NCBI GenBank assembly: GCA_050331235.1
Contig: JBHJHA010000029.1
Coordinates: 1 to 32,892, forward strand
Direction of reading: 5' to 3'
Length of the DNA stretch: 32,892 nucleotides
DNA from: Leptolyngbyaceae cyanobacterium
GTDB lineage: Bacteria > Cyanobacteriota > Cyanobacteriia > Phormidesmidales > Phormidesmidaceae
Shown here: positions 27,923 through 32,892 of the stretch, in pieces
Layout: every line of letters begins with the position of its first letter
How positions within the stretch are numbered: the stretch's first letter is position 1
Position numbers and translations under genes: made by a program
The notes under the pieces: model-generated
Databases searched by the model: none
Told to the model about the DNA's origin: nothing
Seen by the model: the letters and a program-made list of their open reading frames with translations, nothing else

Positions 27923-30052
27923 GTGACTAAACTCGTCAGTTCATGTGTAAGCCGTGTCCTTGATCAGATTGGAGACTCGAACCCACAGTTACGGCGGGAG
28001 CTCAAGGGCCGCTTAAAACCGTTTCCCATGCTCATGGCCGCGGGCATATCCTTATTAATCCAGTTGGTGATCCTAATTGGCTTTGCCGCCGCCTTGCCTG
28101 GTCCCGTTGAGCTCGGTGATCTGACGCTCAATACCTATCCTCAACTCAGCTGGTCACCGCTGTATCAGCTTCCCCTCGAAGATCGCCCGGATCTAACCAA
28201 CCTTGACTCCCAAGCGCTTGAGGATGCTGAAACCACGGGTCTGTTTATCAGCGCCATCGGGACTCAGCCACCGGTACGAGGAAGCGATGCCCTGGGACAA
28301 GCTGCCGCCCAGCAGCTGCAAATCGGCGATCGCCTGTTGGCCATCAACGGTGAATCCATCACGCCACTATGGGAAGCTGATAACGAGTGGGCTTACTATC
28401 GCCGAGTGGAAGACAAAATCCTAGACTCCATGGCGCAACGGCTAACTGAGGATACGCTACCGCTACTCAACACCACGACTCAGTTAACGCTCTATCGGGC
28501 CGACTTAGGACAGTTTACCGTCGAGCTGCCTCGCATTGGACTATCTAACTATCGCAATAACTACTGCCAGCTAGCCGCAGAAAACTCCCGCCTCTGCTTA
28601 CTTACCGATAATCAAGCTTACTACCTGACCAATTGGCCCCGCTGGCATCGAGACATCTTTCTAACGCTGTCCGGGACGATGACTGTTTTGCTGATGGGAT
28701 TAGGCGCCTTTTTGCTGGTCAGCAATTTGGTCAGTGAAAAGCAAAAAGGCACCTTGAACTTTCTGCGCATGAGCCCCCGGTCTGCCCTGACTATTCTCAG
28801 CGGTAAGTTGATGGGAGTCCCGTTTTATCTCTATGTGGCAGTCGCGCTAGCTTTACCCTTTCACACCTATACCGCCTTGGCAGGGGGAATTCACAGTGGT
28901 GAGCTGATTGGGTTTGATATCGCTCTAGTTAGCCAAACGTTGATTGTCCTGATGGGGGCGTTACTGCTCGGATTGGTGACGACAGCGCCGATGTTGCTGT
29001 CGCTGATGCCCTGGGTAGCCGCAGTGGGAGCCCTTATAGCCCAGTGGGGAGCTGCCGCGAGTACTATCCTCCTGTGGGAAGGCCATAATCCGAGTACCGC
29101 TTTTGATGGTGCGATTATTCTGTCGCCGCTGGCCAGCGTGGCCTATTTTGTCGACCTCAGTACATTTGTCCGACATCCTCAGGGTCTGAATATTGGCTTG
29201 GGCATTTTTCGCCTCAACTTTTGGGAACATACGCTGCTGACGGTGCTCAGTGCCCTGGGCTGGTGTGTGCTAATCGGCCACGCCCTGCAGCGACGGTTTG
29301 AGTATCCAACCAAGGCATTGCTCAGTCGGCGCTACAGCTACTTGCTAACGGGGACGTTCATGACTATCGTTTTAGGCCTATCGGATACTCAGCCGGATGA
29401 CTATGATGTGTTCCCGGTCGTTTTTGTGATTGCTGTAGCAGCCGTTGCCTATGGGCTGTTGCTCATGCTGAGCCTCACCTGCGATCGCCAAACCCTGCAG
29501 GACTGGGCGCGCTTTCGCATTGTTCGACAGCTACATGAGGGTCGTCTACCCCTATGGCGAGATTTACTGATAAGCGACACAAGTTCACCAGTGATTGCCG
29601 TTGGCCTGAACTTCGCCATGATGGCGATCGCCTTCGCGGCTTGGTTTTGGCTTCATCACCGGCATCTGATGGACCATCGACTCGCAGTATGGGGATTTAT
29701 CGGCAGCATTCTGTTGATTGCCGGCTCCCTCTTTTTTGCCACGCTCAACAGCCAGATTTTACTGCTATCACGACGACCCAAAAACTGGTTTTGGTTTTGC
29801 TCGGTGGGCAGCATCAGCTGCTTACTCTTTCCTAGTTTGACGCTGGGCATCGCCATTCGATCCTTTCCTGGTCTAATGGGCTATGGTCGGATTTTGGGGC
29901 TGTCCCCCGAGGTGGCGATGTTCGTCATTCCCCTGAGTCTGCTGGGCACAGTAACGACCATTTTGGCTTTCGTTCACTGGCGGCAGCTTATCTTAGTCGG
30001 GCGTTCCGAATCGCAGCAATTGCTAACGGGCGATCGCTCCGTGCGGGCATAG
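27923..30052 (+). CDS. Cyanobacterial ABC-2 family permease with PDZ-like insert in the first extracytoplasmic loop
   Basis: NPQLRRELKGRLK N-terminus, EKQKGTLNFLRMSPRS...GKLMGVP coupling motif and many TM helices. The loop contains LQIGDRLLAINGESI. Confidence 0.82.
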   Translation: MTKLVSSCVSRVLDQIGDSNPQLRRELKGRLKPFPMLMAAGISLLIQLVILIGFAAALPGPVELGDLTLNTYPQLSWSPLYQLPLEDRPDLTNLDSQALEDAETTGLFISAIGTQPPVRGSDALGQAAAQQLQIGDRLLAINGESITPLWEADNEWAYYRRVEDKILDSMAQRLTEDTLPLLNTTTQLTLYRADLGQFTVELPRIGLSNYRNNYCQLAAENSRLCLLTDNQAYYLTNWPRWHRDIFLTLSGTMTVLLMGLGAFLLVSNLVSEKQKGTLNFLRMSPRSALTILSGKLMGVPFYLYVAVALALPFHTYTALAGGIHSGELIGFDIALVSQTLIVLMGALLLGLVTTAPMLLSLMPWVAAVGALIAQWGAAASTILLWEGHNPSTAFDGAIILSPLASVAYFVDLSTFVRHPQGLNIGLGIFRLNFWEHTLLTVLSALGWCVLIGHALQRRFEYPTKALLSRRYSYLLTGTFMTIVLGLSDTQPDDYDVFPVVFVIAVAAVAYGLLLMLSLTCDRQTLQDWARFRIVRQLHEGRLPLWRDLLISDTSSPVIAVGLNFAMMAIAFAAWFWLHHRHLMDHRLAVWGFIGSILLIAGSLFFATLNSQILLLSRRPKNWFWFCSVGSISCLLFPSLTLGIAIRSFPGLMGYGRILGLSPEVAMFVIPLSLLGTVTTILAFVHWRQLILVGRSESQQLLTGDRSVRA

Positions 30053-30058
30053 CCCTGC

Positions 30059-30385
30059 TCAACTCGGCTCTCCGTCCCAAGCTTCATCCTCCGCAGCCCA
30101 CGTACTCATAGGTCGCAGCACCGAGGGAATCTCCGCGTCCGGGTGAAACTCTAGCAAGGTTTCGCGATCGCCCAGATATCCAGACATGGCAAATGCGGTC
30201 AACATTCGGCACAGGGCCACCCAAACCGACTGGTCAAATTCCCACGGCTGATCGAAGCGGGCAGTATCGGCGATCGACTTCAAGGCCCAAAAGTAGCTAT
30301 TGCGAACGATCGCACCCTGTTTTCTATAAGGAGGCACATCATCTTTGTGGAGCAACAGAATCGGATAATCAAGATAGCAGCGCAT
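30059..30385 (-). CDS. Conserved cyanobacterial hypothetical protein (108 aa)
   Basis: VPPYRKQGAIVRNSYFWALKSIA...WEFD..VWVALCRML..FA.SGYLG.RETLLEF. ATG 30385 avoids overlap with the divergent ABC gene. Confidence 0.72.
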   Translation of the reverse strand: MRCYLDYPILLLHKDDVPPYRKQGAIVRNSYFWALKSIADTARFDQPWEFDQSVWVALCRMLTAFAMSGYLGDRETLLEFHPDAEIPSVLRPMSTWAAEDEAWDGEPS

Positions 30386-30523
30386 AACCAAAGGATAGGG
30401 AAGGACTTTGCAGCTTAGCTGACGCCGATGCTCCGGCAGACAGCTAGAATAGCTATGCTTTACATACTGTAAGAACTGGATACTCCAGATATTCAGTTGA
30501 CCGTTCCGAGAGGTTGTCGACCC

Positions 30524-31375
30524 ATGTCCGCCGCCGTTTGCATTCAAAATCTACATAAGGTATATAACAGTGCCCATGTGGTCAACGATTTGTCCCTCAC
30601 GATTCAACCAGGCGAAAGCTTCGGCTTGCTCGGACCCAACGGCGCTGGCAAATCGACCACCATTCGGATGCTGACGACGCTAACGCGCCCCTCAGACGGA
30701 CATCTGGTGGTCGCTGGCTATGATGTGCAGCGCAACCCTATGGATGTACGCCGCCAGATTGGCGTCGTGCTGCAGCAAACCAGTGTCGATGGTGACCTCA
30801 CCGTTTGGGAAAATATGGAGCTTCATGGTCGGATGCACCACATTCCTAATCCGCAGCGCCAAAAGCGCATTGATGACTGGCTCGGGTTTGTAGAACTGGG
30901 CGATCGCCGCGATAGTAAGGTCAAAACGCTCTCAGGCGGCATGAAGCGGCGCTTACAAATTGCCCGCGCCCTGTTACACAATCCCAACATCTTGTTTTTA
31001 GACGAGCCCACCGTTGGCCTCGATCCCCAAACTCGGCGACGACTATGGGAAATTATTCGCAGTCTTAATCAGCAAGGCATGACCATGCTGCTCACCACTC
31101 ACTACATGGAAGAGGTTGAGACTCTGTGCAATCGCATTGGCATTTTGGATCAGGGGCAGCTCATCGAAATCGGCACCCTAGACGAGTTTCGGAAAAAACA
31201 TGGCGAAGGTATTTTCATGCGCCAAACTGGCGATCGCTGGCAGTACCAGTTCTTTCCGACCCTAGCTGAAGCCAACCATCACTTTGAGCAGCAGCCCGAT
31301 AAAACCGGTATGATGACTCGCCCGTCAAATTTAGAAGATATCTTTGTAGAACTCACCGGTCGTAATCTGGATTAA
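30524..31375 (+). CDS. ABC transporter ATP-binding protein (DrrA/NodI-like)
   Basis: GPNGAGKST, LSGGMKRRLQIARAL, LFLDEPTVGLDP, TTHYMEE, NLEDIFVELTG. Confidence 0.93.
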   Translation: MSAAVCIQNLHKVYNSAHVVNDLSLTIQPGESFGLLGPNGAGKSTTIRMLTTLTRPSDGHLVVAGYDVQRNPMDVRRQIGVVLQQTSVDGDLTVWENMELHGRMHHIPNPQRQKRIDDWLGFVELGDRRDSKVKTLSGGMKRRLQIARALLHNPNILFLDEPTVGLDPQTRRRLWEIIRSLNQQGMTMLLTTHYMEEVETLCNRIGILDQGQLIEIGTLDEFRKKHGEGIFMRQTGDRWQYQFFPTLAEANHHFEQQPDKTGMMTRPSNLEDIFVELTGRNLD

Positions 31376-31382
31376 CGTTGCC

Positions 31383-31973
31383 ATGCCGAAACTGGCCAGC
31401 GTCATCGAAGCCATCTTGTATCTCAAAGGTCGCCCCATTGATATTGCCCGCCTGGCAGAACACGCCGGCTGCGATCGCGAAATGGCCGAAGAGGGCCTCA
31501 TGGATTTGATGAATGAATATGCCCACCGGGAAGGGGCCCTGGAAATTATTGAAACTAAAGAAGGGTACTGCCTCCAGCTCAAATCAGGATTTCGTCATTT
31601 GGTAGATACCCTGATCCCCCTAGATTTGGGGGTCGGGGCGTTGCGGACCCTGGCCGCGATCGCCCTGAGAGGACCTATCGCGCAGACTGACCTGGTTGAT
31701 TTGCGTGGGTCAGGGGCCTATCAGCATGTCAATGAATTGGCTCAGTTGGGCTTTGTCCGTAAGCGCCGCCAATCCGATGGCCGCTCCTTTTGGTTACAGG
31801 TGACCGATAAGTTCCATCAACATTTTGAAATCGACGATCTGCCCAGCTTTACCCAAAGTTCACCGCCGGCACCCAAGCAGCCAGATGCCGACAGCAGCCG
31901 GGAATCTTCCCCCCAGGAGGAAGCTCCATCTGACAAAGCTTTAGCGTCTTCCCCCTATCCAACGCCTCCGTAG
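31383..31973 (+). CDS. scpB: SMC-Scp complex subunit ScpB
   Basis: IEAILYL, ALRTLAAIALRGPIAQTDLVDLRGSGAYQHV, VTDKFHQHF. Confidence 0.93.
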   Translation: MPKLASVIEAILYLKGRPIDIARLAEHAGCDREMAEEGLMDLMNEYAHREGALEIIETKEGYCLQLKSGFRHLVDTLIPLDLGVGALRTLAAIALRGPIAQTDLVDLRGSGAYQHVNELAQLGFVRKRRQSDGRSFWLQVTDKFHQHFEIDDLPSFTQSSPPAPKQPDADSSRESSPQEEAPSDKALASSPYPTPP

Positions 31974-32162
31974 TGAGGATGCCCCTGGTCAAATCCCAAT
32001 CATTTGTTAGAGTAGTACCACACAATTGTTGATAGCCTGTATTCACCTTCGATTAACGTGTATACACGTAACCGTTAAAGCTATCGGATGCTAAATTTGC
32101 CACTGACGTTTTAACCTAGGTCAGTGGGTCTGAGATTTTGGAAATAGGTAATCAGAGTTTCT

Positions 32163-32510
32163 ATGACATTTAACCCTGAGCGCGTTGATTTTGTTGGCCT
32201 GCATGTTGAAGATGAGGCTGGCAATCAGCTGCTTCAATACCTCAAGCATCAATCTCCCGAGGTGTTGAGTCGAGTTGCCCAGGCCGTCACTCCCGAGATC
32301 AAGCAAATCATTACGCAAAATGTACAAGGGCTAATCGGGGTATTACCCAGCGACGGGTTTAACGTGCAGGTCACCACCGACCGAGAAAACTTAGCCGGTC
32401 TGTTGGCGTCTGCCATGATGACCGGATACTTTTTGCGGCAGATGGAGCAGCGTATGGAGATGGATATCTCGCTCACTGGCGCAATGCTGAGTGATGAAGA
32501 TTTAGATTAA
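32163..32510 (+). CDS. DUF760-family protein
   Basis: NQLLQYLKHQSPEVLSRVA...QNVQGLIGVLP...TDRENLAGLLASAMMTGYFLRQMEQR. Confidence 0.88.
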   Translation: MTFNPERVDFVGLHVEDEAGNQLLQYLKHQSPEVLSRVAQAVTPEIKQIITQNVQGLIGVLPSDGFNVQVTTDRENLAGLLASAMMTGYFLRQMEQRMEMDISLTGAMLSDEDLD

Positions 32511-32763
32511 GCCGGGCTCTGCCCAGGGAAGCTGGCAGCCAACTCTGGCGAGACCGTTATCGCAATCGCCCTCCTGGGTGAACCCTGGAGACCTAATAGC
32601 CAGTATCAGGCTATTATCGCTATTCCGCCCGTTTGACCTTTGTGACTTCAGTCGGTTGGCGATAGCGAGCCGCAGTCAGGTTAAAACACCTTCAATTGCC
32701 GCATCGCCTGTACAAGGTCATTTCTGGTCGAGTCAGCGCAGGTCGGCATTGCGCCGCTGCACT

Positions 32764-32892
32764 TTATTTGTCCTCAAGGGCGTCTGGGCGGGGCGGAGCG
32801 GTTAATTGCTTTTCTGAGAGGGCTTGATCGGTCGCGATCGCTTCTTCACACGACTTCATCCAGACCTGCTCGTATTGATTGCCGTTGCGCTG
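32764..32892 (-). CDS. Probable 3' end of a gene entering from beyond the window
   Basis: Open frame from the window edge reads QRNGNQYEQVWMKSCEEAIATDQALSEKQLTAPPRPDALEDK*, immediately followed by a GC-rich hairpin (32735-32763). No family recognised. Confidence 0.4.
   Translation of the reverse strand, partial: QRNGNQYEQVWMKSCEEAIATDQALSEKQLTAPPRPDALEDK

Overview
Chromosomal window from a beta-cyanobacterium. Evidence: form IB rbcL-rbcX-rbcS, more than 50 HIP1 GCGATCGC sites counted by eye, cyanobacterial-type rpmF, and moderately high GC. In order it holds: the 3' end of a Nit1C-type flavin oxidoreductase; a convergent GAF-LuxR regulator with an NtcA box; rbcLXS with an LTTR-type box and a HIP1-centred terminator; an orphan ABC ATPase; DUF4864; a dTDP-rhamnose operon (rfbC-rfbD-rfbA...rfbB) interrupted by a 6.2 kb five-gene glycosylation cassette; a membrane-anchored pseudo-caspase; rpmF, ppx, pepP and an EamA transporter; an SLH-GHL10 hydrolase; an ABC ATPase plus a permease with a PDZ-like loop insert, preceded by a tRNA-sized four-way-junction leader; another ABC ATPase, scpB and DUF760. 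The most striking anomaly is an in-frame TAG at the catalytic loop-6 Lys of RbcL plus a W66R change. These most likely reflect A/T consensus errors, since a similar Lys-to-stop occurs at base 101. The best candidates for undescribed biology are the Gtr-like glycosylation cassette with its paired Tyr/Phe epimerases and the structured-leader/PDZ-ABC locus. No CRISPR array, IS element, rRNA or canonical tRNA was seen. All family assignments are from motif recognition, not database searches.
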